Of a DNA stretch of 64,000 nucleotides, positions 11,023-22,925 are shown in pieces. Position 1 is the stretch's first letter. The number at the start of each line of letters is the position of its first letter. The notes beneath the pieces are model-generated. The model had not been told where the DNA came from. It saw only the letters and a list, made by a program, of their open reading frames with translations, and ran no database searches. The stretch spans positions 4,898,001-4,962,000 of the forward strand of contig JBNJNM010000011.1 of the NCBI GenBank assembly GCA_052426225.1, in the 5' to 3' direction. The DNA is from Zancudomyces culisetae HAW-14-8. Its lineage: Eukaryota > Fungi > Kickxellomycota. The position numbers and the translations under genes are program-made.

Positions 11023-13366
11023 CTACTGAGTGTATAGTTTGGGAATCTCAGAAGCAATGTATTTCTGCCTGTTGTGTTTGACCAGACTCGAAACACCACG
11101 GAATAAACCCTCCTGTGCTACCGATGCAACAAGCACGCCATTGCGATTGTAAAGCTTTCCGGTAATTAGAGCCTTTCCACCCGAAGCACGGTGGCTATCC
11201 ATATGATACAACAGCCACTCGTCACCTCTAAGGGGTGCGTGGAACCAGATGGAATGGTCCAAACTTACCATACGCCCTAGGTAGTCATGTTCTGTAATGG
11301 ACCCAATACCATGAGGCATCACTGCAGCTGTTACTAGTTGGTAATCTGAATGGTAGGCCATCGCACATTGGTTAAGGAGTGGTGACTGGGAAGCCAAGTC
11401 GCCTTTTGCTTTGTACCACCAGAGCAGATTTGGAGATGTTGACTGAGGATTGTGAAGATGCAAGTCGTCATAATGAGCATCTGGCGACTGTTTTACATAT
11501 TTACAGTCTATCGTTACTGAATCGGGAATAGATGAAGCTACCTGAAAACTGTTTTGGTTTTCTATTTCAAAGATAGTCCTGATTCCGTTACTCGCCGCTT
11601 TTGCTGGATGCAGATCGAAATTTTCATTGATCCCAAATGGCATTACAGTCTAATCAATTATCCAATTATACATTTGTCTTTTTTAAAAAGTTGTTTTTTT
11701 TTTCTTTTTTAAATTTGGTTTTAAATGATGCTGTATTAGAGAAAGAATGTAAATAAAAGAATCATGAACGCTAAAGAGAAAAATTTCCCCTATTAGCATC
11801 CCTTTCCTTTCATTCTTTTCTTCTTCTTTATATACATATGTATAAATGGAAAATACATGATTTAATTTAAATAAAAAAATAATGTCCTTTTAAAACTGTG
11901 GTGATGTTTTATGTTTTATGTGTGATTAGATTACCTGGTGGTTCATTCGAGAATCTTCTGGAACCTGAAAAGTGCATGTCAGAGTAAATATGGTTTTGTT
12001 GTTCTGCTTTGCATCCACTCTAGTAGTAGCAAATGATCGTCCTTATTTTTGGATAGAAAATTTTGCGAATTGGAAAGAATCCAAGTGCACATGTGTTAGT
12101 GGACAGGATTTTTTGAATATTATTACAAGTTACAAACTCAATATATAGTATAATATGATATATGTATATAAGTATGTGTCTAATATATTTCTACCTTTTC
12201 GCATGGGCTCAACATGATAAAATATTGGCGAGGAATTACTACCACCCAGTAAGAAATAGCTGTGCATTGACTTTTAAATATTGTAATACATATCATTTAG
12301 TGGTTTGCTGATACATGATGATGTTGATGAAGATGTGTGTTTTTTTCTTTTGAAAGTATAGTAATAAAAGTTTTACTAGTTCTGAATAAATTAGGTCAAT
12401 ATATATAAGAAAAGAAAATATGGATGTAACGACTTACACTTATAAAAAATTTGTTATCGACAGTATTACATGCAGCCGATAAAGCCTGGCCGATAATTTG
12501 ACCACCTACATATAATGTAATACAATGGTAAATAAGAGAATGTGTGTGTGTGTATGATTTTAGAGAAAAAAAGTACATTGAAAAGGAAAGAAAGAAAGAA
12601 AGAAAGAAAGAAAGGAAGAAAGGGGGGGCCCGGAGTAGATGATACAAGCTTTTCTTTTTCTTTTTCTTTTCCTTTTTCTTTTTCTTTTCCTTTTTCTTTT
12701 TTTTTTAATACTAATTAATATATAGTTGACAAGGGTGGTAAGGGTATTAAGGAGAAATAAATAATTTATATATTACCAAAGACACCCTTGGATCCATTCA
12801 TTATCGTTAGCTCTTTACTTGCATACAAGTTTTCGTCCAATTCTACAATATAGAAGTTTCAAGTTGAGTTTGAGTTGTTTCATTTTTTTTCTGTTTTTTT
12901 TCTGTTTTGTATAGATTTTCTTGATTCTATCTTACTCGCATCCTTTATCAATTATCACTTATCACTTATCTCCTAATCCTCAAATTTCTTTATTCATTGC
13001 CTGTTAGAATTTACACAAAAAGATAGAAGAGATAAGGGGTAGTGGTAGGGGTAGGGGAGGAGGAGAAGGAGAAGAAGAAGGAGGAGAAGGAGAAGGAGAA
13101 GGAGAAGGAGGAGAAGAAGGGAGTAAACGATACAAATACAAAAACAAGATAATCAATATATATATATAATATATTTGTTATTTACTTTTGAGAGCAAGAG
13201 CATCTAGTACAGACGAAGCAGATTTATATTTGAGTTCGTTGGAAGGTTGTTCGGGTTTAAGTTGGGATGCGACATTTACGAAGCTTGAATTATTTCTTTT
13301 TGTCAAACCAAGTAGTGATGAAAATGAAGTTGAAAGTTTGTAGTAGCTTTTTTGACTTTGTAACAT
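11023..13366 (-). CDS. Acyl-CoA thioesterase II (TesB/ACOT8/Tes1 family), paralog 2, 6 exons
   Basis: Exon 1 13366-13186, exon 2 12842-12777, exon 3 from 12505, last exon to 11023. Motifs LDENLYASKEL, GVFGGQIIGQAL, SMHSYF, AYHSDY, MVSLDHSIWFH and SVAQEGL. Intron positions match paralog 1. Confidence 0.9.
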
Positions 13367-13496
13367 TATATCTCTTCTTGTATATTTTTATGTATATTTT
13401 GTTGTTTTTTTTTTGTTATTTTAGCTTTATATATATGGATTTTCAAGACTGTTATACAATGTATATATATATATATGTAGATATATCTACTCTTAT

Positions 13497-13536
13497 AAAA
13501 GTAAAAGTAAAAGTAAAAGTAAAAGTAAAAGTAAAA
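13497..13536. repeat. (AAAAGT)n microsatellite
   Basis: About six tandem AAAAGT units upstream of thioesterase paralog 2. The same unit recurs near 17420. Confidence 0.9.
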
Positions 13537-14128
13537 AACAAATGGTAAATGTTGGTGATAAATGTTTTAAATACCAGTTTATGAGATTTACTTTTTATTT
13601 TTAAATAAAACTAATAAAGAAAAAAAAAATAATTTGAAAACTTGGAAAAAAATGTATAAAAAAAAAGGGTCATAGCACATGATATTTAAATTTTTTTTCT
13701 TTTATTTCGTAATCCATTCAAAATTCATATTCACCACATCTTCACCCTACCCCGAACTTTTTTTTTGTTTTTTTTGTTTAAAACAAAGCGAAAATGTAAC
13801 AACCAAACAATCCGGAACGAAAACTTGGAATTATGAAAACCCTATCGATTTGGAAAGAAAAAAAAGAAAAAAAAAACAGGGGAGGAGGAAAGGGTGAAAG
13901 GGAGAGTGTAAAGTAAAATCACAAGCATCTGTGTAAACACATAATCAAGATATATGAATAGTTGAAACGTGTATGAGATTTATTAAAAAATTAACAATAT
14001 AGCTACTACTTTCTACAATAAGAAATATAAAAACACTACAGACAAAAAAAAAGAAATCTAAATAATAAGAGTAACAATAAAATTACCCCCATTCTTTACC
14101 CAACGCTAGAAACAATTATAAATATAAT

Positions 14129-17100
14129 TTAGAATCTTCGTTTTGGACGAGCAATTTTTCTTCCAGCAAAATTTGGATTTGACATGGCGGAATTCATGCT
14201 AAAACCAGCAGATGAAAGATTTGAGGGAGTATTTGTAGGTTTAGAACCAAGATTAAAACTAATTGAAGGAGGAGCAGCTGATGAAGAACCAAAAGAAAAC
14301 GGCTGTTGTTGCTGCTGTTGTTGGGGGAATGGTTGTTTTTGGAACTGAGGTTGTTGAATTGAAGGAGAGCTATTAAAGAAAGGTTGTTGTATAGAGTTTC
14401 GGTTTTGGTTTTGGTTTTGATTCTGGTTCTGGTTTTGGTTAGGAAAACCAAAATTGAAAGAAGAAGGTTGTGATGAAAGAGAAGAGGAAGATAGATCAGA
14501 AACATCGTTCATTTCTACATTAGAAGGGAAACGCTGACGAGAAAATGATGATGAAGTTTGATTAAGATTAGTGTTGGGATTGGGATTAGAGCTAGTAAGA
14601 GTATTATTTGAGGTATTGGATGTGTTGGAACTGCCAAATACGAATGGTTTATTGGAAGGAGCAGCAAAGAGAGATTGGGATTGTGTTTGTGTTTGTGTTT
14701 GGGGTTGACTGCCAAAAGTAAATAGTGAGGCAGGTTTACTGTTGGTGTTGTTTGATGAGGTAGATTGGAAAGAAAAGGGAGTAGGTGCTGGTTGAGTTTG
14801 AGTTTGGGATTGGAGAGGAGCAGAAAAGGAAGGAACTGTAGTTGTGGCTGTAGTTGTAGAAGTAGAAGTGGGAGGAGTAGAAGTAGGAGTAGGAGCGGAA
14901 ATAGGAGCGAAAGGAGTAGAAGTGGTAGTTTCGGGGACAGGTTTAGGCTGATTAGAGAACAAAGATGGAGTTGATGTTGGCTGGTTGGTGGTAGTAGTGG
15001 TAGTAGTGTTGGTAGTGTTGGTAGCAGCACTTGCACCAAATGAAAACAAAGAGGTTGGTTTATCGGAAGGTAAAGAAGGTTTATTAGGATTTGTGGTGAA
15101 TAAGGAGGTAGAGGTAGTAGGGTTAGAGGTAGTAGGGTTAGAGGTAGTAGGGTTAGAGGTAGAGTTAGGGTTGGGGTTAAGAGTGGAGGGAGTAGCTGCA
15201 CCGAATGTAAAAGTAGATTTTTTGGGTTCTGTAGTAAGTGTTGGCTGGCTAGGTTTTGTTGTACCAAAGCTGAATAATGAAACTGGCTTATCTGTAGATG
15301 TGGTAGATGTTGGTACTGGCTGTTTTTGTTGTTGTTGTTGTTGTTCTTGTTGATTGGAAATTACTGGTTTGAATAGCGAGGTATTATTGTTTGTATCTGT
15401 GTTTGTGTTTGTGTTTACACTAAATGATAATGAAGGTGCTGAAGCCAAAGCTGATTTTGTTGTGAGCAATGGTTGCAAAGGTGGTTGTGATTGAGGTTGA
15501 GATTGAGATTGTGGAGCAAAAAGAGAAGTAGACGGGATTGATTTTGCATCAGAGTTATTGCCAACACTGCTATCTATTGTTGAAGGCAATAAAGATGTCT
15601 TTTGAGGCTGACCTTTTGTGTCTGTTGCAAACTTAAACTCAGGAATCACAGAAGTACCGCCTACTTTGATGTTCAAGAATTTAGAAGGAGAATAAGATGT
15701 AAATGGTTTCTCGCCACCAAGAATAGTAGTTGTTCCACTCTTAACGCCATTAATACTACCAATATTAGATGCAACTGCTGTACTAGTATTACTAGTCTTT
15801 TGTTCGTGTTTAACATAAAAGGGTCGTCTGCTTGGTTTCAACTCCATGTTTTCCTCAACATTGCCTGTTCCTTTCGAAATACCTTGTAATCTATCTACCG
15901 TCTTTGGAACCTTAATCATATCTCTATCATTATCAGCCTCCTTGTTCGTACCACTCAGTACTCCTTGATCCTTACATACCCCTTCTTTACTTCGATTTTT
16001 CCGTCTAGTCGTAATGTTTTTCGTAACCTTTTCGCTTTCATTTTCCGAACCAGACGACAAATCTGAATCTGAAAATATAGCCGAAAATTTCCATTTGCCT
16101 GATGTCTTGTTCTTATCACGGCGATAGTCATGGATGTTGTAACTTGTCACTCTCCTGTTAAACGCCTTTGCCCGGTTGGCATATCTACTCCTATTAGCAA
16201 TTTCTGATTTCTCAATTGTTGCCTCTGGTTTTAGATTACTACTACAAACCGTACAAATCTTTTTGTTGCTGCAAACACTTCTATCTCCTGCACCATTTGG
16301 CTGTGCTCCTGTCACGTCTTCAGGTTCAATATCCATGCTTCTTTTGACCCCAGCAACTGGCGTTAGCTCCTCTTGTATCTCTTTGGCTGCCATTTCCTTA
16401 CTCACGTCATTAACACTGCCACTATTTTCGGAAATGCTTGGTTCTCGCCTCTTGAACACATTTCCTATTTTGTTCTTATTTCCATCCTCCATAAGACTTT
16501 TAATATTGTACAGGCTTTTGACCTGTGCCGGTGACAGCCACCGTGCTACTCGCGGTGTTTTGTTTTCTTCCTCCTGCCCTGATTTCTCTATAAGTCTACT
16601 CTTTTTGCGTTCTACTACCCGTTTGATCTCATAATTCAGTACATCGCTACTTCTTTTGGCAGGTGATCTCCCTTCATACAATATACTCTCTCCCCCATTT
16701 TCGTCCAATCTGAGGCCTCTATGTCGTAAGCTGATAATACTTGGCTTTCTCTCAACATTCAAATGTCCCATTGAACCAACTACTCTCCTTCTCATCCTTT
16801 CTAGTCGTTGATTCTGGTTCATACCAGCAACTGGTGTCGCAAATGCACCTGCCCGAATTTCCTCATCTCCCGTCTCCATACGCTCTTTTATACTAACAGC
16901 TGAGTTTGGTGTTAACCCTCCGGCCGCACCAATACTACCGCTTCTATTGTTAGCAGTACTGCTGTCATAGTAGTTGATACTAATCCCATTCTCAGCAGCG
17001 TTATTGTTGATAAGCGGCGAGTTTACTGCGCTTCTCAAGCCCAAATCGCCCAGCGCCTTATCAAGTCTGTTAATCAGCGGCGTAACCCTAACCACATTAT

Positions 17101-17299
17101 TCCCTGAATTTTTTTTGTCTGTTGGACTTGATGTGCTCCAAATCCTACATGCCATCCGTTTAACAGCGTCTATAAACCATCCATCCTCTTCGAGCTCCGT
17201 AGATTCTGAGTTTTGTGGATGCATTTTGTTGCGGCAATTTACTAGCCTTTTTGGCGTTACAATTATCCGTTCAGGAAGATCGTGTCTATTACTCTGCAT
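14129..17299 (-). CDS. FG-repeat nucleoporin, Nup1/Nup153-like nuclear basket protein
   Basis: Single 1056-aa ORF. The S/T/N/Q/P-rich C-terminal half has repeated FSFG/FTFG/FVFG/FNFG motifs, and the basic terminus GRKIARPKRRF resembles the importin-binding tail of Nup1/Nup153. Confidence 0.75.
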   Translation of the reverse strand: MQSNRHDLPERIIVTPKRLVNCRNKMHPQNSESTELEEDGWFIDAVKRMACRIWSTSSPTDKKNSGNNVVRVTPLINRLDKALGDLGLRSAVNSPLINNNAAENGISINYYDSSTANNRSGSIGAAGGLTPNSAVSIKERMETGDEEIRAGAFATPVAGMNQNQRLERMRRRVVGSMGHLNVERKPSIISLRHRGLRLDENGGESILYEGRSPAKRSSDVLNYEIKRVVERKKSRLIEKSGQEEENKTPRVARWLSPAQVKSLYNIKSLMEDGNKNKIGNVFKRREPSISENSGSVNDVSKEMAAKEIQEELTPVAGVKRSMDIEPEDVTGAQPNGAGDRSVCSNKKICTVCSSNLKPEATIEKSEIANRSRYANRAKAFNRRVTSYNIHDYRRDKNKTSGKWKFSAIFSDSDLSSGSENESEKVTKNITTRRKNRSKEGVCKDQGVLSGTNKEADNDRDMIKVPKTVDRLQGISKGTGNVEENMELKPSRRPFYVKHEQKTSNTSTAVASNIGSINGVKSGTTTILGGEKPFTSYSPSKFLNIKVGGTSVIPEFKFATDTKGQPQKTSLLPSTIDSSVGNNSDAKSIPSTSLFAPQSQSQPQSQPPLQPLLTTKSALASAPSLSFSVNTNTNTDTNNNTSLFKPVISNQQEQQQQQQKQPVPTSTTSTDKPVSLFSFGTTKPSQPTLTTEPKKSTFTFGAATPSTLNPNPNSTSNPTTSNPTTSNPTTSTSLFTTNPNKPSLPSDKPTSLFSFGASAATNTTNTTTTTTTNQPTSTPSLFSNQPKPVPETTTSTPFAPISAPTPTSTPPTSTSTTTATTTVPSFSAPLQSQTQTQPAPTPFSFQSTSSNNTNSKPASLFTFGSQPQTQTQTQSQSLFAAPSNKPFVFGSSNTSNTSNNTLTSSNPNPNTNLNQTSSSFSRQRFPSNVEMNDVSDLSSSSLSSQPSSFNFGFPNQNQNQNQNQNQNRNSIQQPFFNSSPSIQQPQFQKQPFPQQQQQQQPFSFGSSSAAPPSISFNLGSKPTNTPSNLSSAGFSMNSAMSNPNFAGRKIARPKRRF

Positions 17300-19558
17300 T
17301 TTTTCTTTCTCTTTGAAGGGGGGGAAAGGGGGTGGGTTGTGTGCGTTTGTGTGTGTGCTATTTTCTATCTATATTGTTTTATTATATGCGTTATCCTGTA
17401 ATTCTGGCGTCTATAAGTTAAAAGTAAAAGTAAAAGTAAATAAAATATAGTTTTTTGTAGTGGAAGTATATATGTTGTAATTTTTCTTTTGTCAGCTCTT
17501 TTTTTAAAATATTTAAACTGAACTGAACAATAATAAAAACAAAACCAAAACCAAAAACAAAAATAATAATAAAATCGTATTTTATTTCATTTCATTTATT
17601 TATTTATTTATTTGGATTTCTTCTTGTTTTTTCAATATTGACCTCTAATACTAAAAGAACATAAAAAAAAAAGAAAAAAAAAGCCTAAAAAATAAAATAT
17701 ATTGAAATTTTAAATTAAAAAAATTTTTTTTTCTTTTTTTCTTTTTTTCTTTCAAAATGATTTAGAAACTAATCTTCAACAAAAAAAAAAAAAAAAATTT
17801 ACATGGCAAATAAAAACCACTTTTTATAAATTGTATGCACATATATATTTATTTATTGGGGGTTTTTTTTTATTCAATATCTAAAGCAATTTTTGTAATG
17901 CATAAAAATCATTATATATTTCAAAAACAACCTTGGAGTTTTAGTATTTTTGTTCAAATACACAAAATGAGAATGAGGATGAAATTGAAAATAGCTTTTT
18001 ATTTAGGAGGGGGGGGGAGATGTGGTTGAAAAGGGATGGTTGGTGATGGTTAATGTTTTTATTTTTTGGTTTTTTTGTTTTTAACTAAAGTTTTGATCCA
18101 GCTAAGGAATGTGTTAAAAGTATACGTATATTCAATATGAGCACCATCCCTTCATCCCTCCATTCCTCCATCCTTTTTTCCTTTTTTTCTTTCTGGGTAA
18201 TTTTGATTGTATTTAGGTTTTATATTATCGATGCTTCTATAGACGAGGGAGTTTTTTTTAAAAAAAAATACTATTGGTACTCTGATAATATCATTTATCA
18301 TTTTGGATTTCAAGATGGATCCTACATATCATATACATGATTAAAAAAGGTATTGCTCATCGAGGGAAAAAAAACATGTGATGAGAGGAAGAAGAGAGAG
18401 ATTTTCGATTGGTGTTATAGAGGAACAAGAAAGTAAGTAGAAAAAGGAGGGGGGGGGGGGAGAGGAATTTGTTATATTGCAAAAGCCTGGAAGGTTTTTT
18501 TCTTTGTAGCACCTACAAGAACAAGAAAATGCACAGACAAAGAATGGTTTCTGGTACGTATTTTATATTATCACATTTCATTTCATTCCGTTCCGTTCCG
18601 TTCCATTCCATGGTATAACTGGTAATTGAAAAATAAAACGAACTCTATTTATAATAGAATTCAAAGGTGGGGGGGGAGAAAGCAACTTGATTTCTTTTGG
18701 TATTTCTTATAATGTTATTGTTTATATTTAAATAAACCTTCAGAGTATCCAAAACTACAAAAAAAAAAAAAGAAAAGAAGAAAAAAAGCGTGATGAAAAG
18801 CGTGATGAAAAGATTGATAAAAGAAAAAAAGCGAATTAATGAACAGTGTGCGTAGTTTTTGGGAAAAATACCGTTATCATCTTTTTTTATATATTTTTTT
18901 TTATTTTTACATCTTTATTATTTTCATATTCCAATTAAAACACAATAAGTTGATGAATATGAGAATACTGAACAAGATAAACCAAACCAAAATAGTATAC
19001 AAACAAGTTTGGTTAAATAAAAGGGTTAAAAATGCTGTGGTAAAATATAGATAGTATCATCACATATCGATGAAATATACAACAAGAGTACAACTAAATG
19101 TGAAGAGAGAGAAAGAGAGAAAGAAAAAAAATTAAAAAAAGTCATAGTAAACAGATAAAAGCTTGTGGGAAAAGACAAGTTAACCAGTAGATTTTTTTTT
19201 CTGGTTACAAAAAGATAAAACCAAAGCTGAAACATTAAAGTGTGCAAATATTCTCTATACACTTTTGATGTTAGTAAAATTTGCATTTTGTGAGTGTGTT
19301 GTTTGCTTTTCAATTTTGGTTCCTTTATAAATTGCAGCAATTTTGTTTTGTTACTTTTCATTTAATAGATTGTAGATTTATTCAAAATGAAAAAGAATAT
19401 TTAATACTAGATAGATATAAATATATAACAAGACAAATAAAAATAGGTAATAATATAAAGATTTAAAGCTCCGTAAATACTTTTAAAACAAAAGAGAGTC
19501 AGAATAGGTGGAAATTCAAAGAGAAAAAAAATAGAGAAATACAAGAATACAAATAATA

Positions 19559-20739
19559 ATGTTAATAGTGGGATTAACAGGTGGAATATCCACAGGTAAG
19601 GCAGCAAAAAAAAAAAAACCTCCCCAGGATATATTTGACATTGTATAAGCTTTATCTGTTTTTTTAAATTTGGAATTTTAGTGAAATGACAGTAAAAATT
19701 TTAGGTTACTATTGAATGATAAAAATAACAATAAAAACAACAACAATAATAATAATACAAAGAAGGAAAACTAAAAGCATGAGAATATGGGAATAAATAG
19801 GAAAAAGCACGGTTAGTAAATATATCCAAAAACAGGGTATAGAGATAATAGATGCGGATATCATAGCGAAAAAGATTATGGAACCAGGCGAAGAAGGGTA
19901 CAGAAACGTGGTGAAGCATTTCGGACGAGAGATATTGGTTGAAGGGAGCGAGGAAATCGATAGAAAAAAGTTGGGCAAGATTATTTTTGACAATACCGAA
20001 AAGAGAATGCTACTCAACAAATGTACACATCCAGTAGTTAGAAAAAAACTGATATTACAAGTGCTCAAACAGTATTTGAAAGGAAGTAAGCTGTGTGTTT
20101 TGGATGTACCATTGTTGTTTGAGGCCAAGTTGGATAGGTACTGCGGAAAAACAATTGTAGTTAGCTGGTAAGTATGCGGGAACGAACGAATGATTAATCG
20201 GGGAGAGGAGGAAGAAAAAAAAAAAACGTGTGTTTGTATGTATGTATATATGTGTGTGTGATCCCTTTCCCTCCCTTTCCTTCTCTTTTGTTATTCAAAT
20301 GCAAAATTGGTTGGTTGGTTGATTGGTTGGTTGGTTGGTTATTTGATTGATTGATTGATTTAGTTATAACAATTAAAAAATATATTATATACCATATAGT
20401 TCTGAAGAAACACAGAGGCAAAGGTTAATGAAACGCGATAGTATTTCGGAGGAGGATGCAAATCTCAGAATAATGTCTCAGCTGAGCATGGTTGAAAAAA
20501 GAAAAAGGGCAGATATAGTGGTAGATAATAACGGAACTATTGACGATACATACGCACAGGTCAAGCAAATATTGGTGGAAATAGAGCCTTCGATCGTAAA
20601 AACATACAGTGCAATAATAGGACCTGTGAGTATTATAGGAAGTATGATTGGGATGGGGATAACACGGCAATATTCGACATATTTCAAAGGGGTTGTAGCT
20701 GGGTTGGTGATTTGTGTGTATTCATTTTTTGGATATTGA
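19559..20739 (+). CDS. CAB5: Dephospho-CoA kinase (CoaE/Cab5/DCAKD), 3 exons
   Basis: Exons 19559-19595, 19801-20167 and 20400-20739. P-loop MLIVGLTGGISTGKSTVS, IIDADIIA, IDRKKLGKIIF, DVPLLFE, RLMKRD, ADIVVDNNG, and a hydrophobic C-terminal tail. Confidence 0.93.
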
Positions 20740-20900
20740 TAAACATAATTATTTGTATTTTTTTTTTCCCTCCTCCACCTCATCAATTTTCCATCGATTT
20801 TTTTCTTTCTTTAAATACAAAAAAAAGCTTGGAGATTATAAACAAAAAGATACATAAACCAGAATGAAAATGAAAAAGGAGGAAAGAGAGTGTGTAAAAA

Positions 20901-22925
20901 TTAATCAGATAAATCACCAATTAATTGACCCATTTTAATTTTTTGGCCAGGATTGATACAGAATTTAAATGTTTCTGGAGCTTCAAACACCAAAACAACC
21001 GTGGAGCCAAGACGAAAACCGCCAAGCTCTTGGCCCTTGGTGATGGGGATTCCACCAGCAGAGTGGCCCGAATGGTCTCCATAGATCAATTCGAAATACC
21101 GGCCAAACATGCTCTTGGGGTGATGTTTGAGATTTGTTTTCAGTTGGTCTTCGAAATTCAGAACCACAGAGCCTACATTTGTAGCACCAACTGGAACCAT
21201 TGACATGAAGCCATGCTTCCATGTTCCCATCAAACATACACGTTCGTTGAGAACAAAGAGGTTGCGCAGTTTTTTGGCAATGTAAGGACTGACGGAATAC
21301 AGATCACCTACAAAATGTCTTCGGGATTGAACGGTCCAGTCGGTAGGAGAGTGGAAGCGGTGGTAGTTTCCAGGAGCTAAATAGACAACACAGAAAAACA
21401 GCTTGTTTCCAGGTAGTAGCTTAATGTCCTGTATATGAGCAACGGATCCACTTGTCGAGTCGTCACTTGCGGAAATAGTGTTTTTGCCTCCCAAAAGCAG
21501 TGTATCTACCGAATATGAGATGTCGTTGATTTCAGCAAAATTCTCAGCTGACGATAATGCTTCTGAGTGACTTTCAATAGCTACTTCTAGATCCGATTCA
21601 TTAACATGAGCGTCACCATTACTGGAATTGGTGCTAACTACAACTTCAGTGTTGGTTTTGGTTTCAGCATCACTACCTTTGCCATCACCATTTCCATTGC
21701 TATCTCCATTGCTATTTATATTTCCATCATCCTTGCTATTGTCGCTTTTACCATTAACAACAGTGATCGTGTTAATATTATTATGACTACCGTCACTCGG
21801 TACTTTTCTTCTCCTGTCCATACCCAAAAAGTCTCTCAGGCTATAAGTAACACCTTTTACTTGCTCGATCACACCATCGCTTTCAACAACACCGAAATGA
21901 AGCACCTTACCATCTGACGGACTTACTACAAGACCTGAATCGATGGGTCTGGCTGTTTCCTTGATTTCTCTATAAAAAAACGACGCCAGGTTGCTGTAGT
22001 TTTTTAGATCTGGGTCCTTCATTTCACTCATGTCACAACCAAACACCCAACCATAAAGTCGAAGCAGTGGAGAACGAAGAACTACTGGAAGCTCCAGTTC
22101 GTTAAACCATCCGAAAAATCGAGAAAGCGCACGGAGCGGAAGTTTTGCAACTACTTTGACATGCCATGGCCCCTGAACCACGCGTGCAATTTTTTCATGC
22201 TCCCCTTCACTTTCGTGCCCCTGTAAATGTCCCTGGTGTTGTTGACGTTCATGGTCGTGTTCGCCATCTTGATCTTCAAGTTGAGATTTCTCATTGTATG
22301 TTTTTTGAAGAAGGTGGTATAGTTGAAGAACACAGAGATAGGCTATTCCAACTTTTGCTGGTATCCAAAACCACTCGAGTTTTTGGGATTTTCCATCTTT
22401 TTTGGAGCCTTTATTCTCATCACCGTTGGGTGCGGAGGAGGAACTGGAGAAATGGTTTTTCCTAATCGAGAGTGAGCTTCCGATTCCAAGGTCGTTGTTG
22501 CGTCTAGTCTTGAACCGGGTCAAATCGAGTGTTGTTAGGAAATTTCGAGAAGGAATAAAGTTGGATTTCTTTGTCGGATTGTTGGTCACACTTTTAGAAA
22601 CAGCGGAGTTACTGAAGGTTATGCCATGTGAGATACCACCATATCTAAAGAGGTGAATACTACTGCTGCTACTGTTACTGTTACTAGTCAGTGAGGTTTG
22701 AGAATTCCAATTCTGGGTGGGAGAATTTCCATTACCATTATCATGGGGCTTTGGCTGAACCATTATACTATGGGAACGCAATGAGTAGATATTGATTTTA
22801 CCAGCAGTATTTGCAGAATGAATAGAAGAGTACCTGACTATAGGTATAGTATTTCGAGGAAGTTGAAGAGTAGACGGCCCATATCGAGCGGAAAGGGAAG
22901 AGTATATTTTTTTTTTGGGTAACAT
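20901..22925 (-). CDS. PSD1: Mitochondrial phosphatidylserine decarboxylase proenzyme
   Basis: Intronless 674-aa ORF with LPLRALSRFFG, VVSPSDGKVL, YLAPGNYHRFHSP, LNERV, VGATNVGS and the autocleavage motif FRLGSTVVLVFE. Long N-terminal presequence plus TM segment. Confidence 0.96.
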   Translation of the reverse strand: MLPKKKIYSSLSARYGPSTLQLPRNTIPIVRYSSIHSANTAGKINIYSLRSHSIMVQPKPHDNGNGNSPTQNWNSQTSLTSNSNSSSSSIHLFRYGGISHGITFSNSAVSKSVTNNPTKKSNFIPSRNFLTTLDLTRFKTRRNNDLGIGSSLSIRKNHFSSSSSAPNGDENKGSKKDGKSQKLEWFWIPAKVGIAYLCVLQLYHLLQKTYNEKSQLEDQDGEHDHERQQHQGHLQGHESEGEHEKIARVVQGPWHVKVVAKLPLRALSRFFGWFNELELPVVLRSPLLRLYGWVFGCDMSEMKDPDLKNYSNLASFFYREIKETARPIDSGLVVSPSDGKVLHFGVVESDGVIEQVKGVTYSLRDFLGMDRRRKVPSDGSHNNINTITVVNGKSDNSKDDGNINSNGDSNGNGDGKGSDAETKTNTEVVVSTNSSNGDAHVNESDLEVAIESHSEALSSAENFAEINDISYSVDTLLLGGKNTISASDDSTSGSVAHIQDIKLLPGNKLFFCVVYLAPGNYHRFHSPTDWTVQSRRHFVGDLYSVSPYIAKKLRNLFVLNERVCLMGTWKHGFMSMVPVGATNVGSVVLNFEDQLKTNLKHHPKSMFGRYFELIYGDHSGHSAGGIPITKGQELGGFRLGSTVVLVFEAPETFKFCINPGQKIKMGQLIGDLSD

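Noticed and set aside
15108-15181. GGGTTAG-containing repeats resembling telomeric sequence
   Set aside because: They are 15-nt codon-phase repeats encoding (PTTSN)n within the nucleoporin ORF, not (TTAGGG)n arrays.
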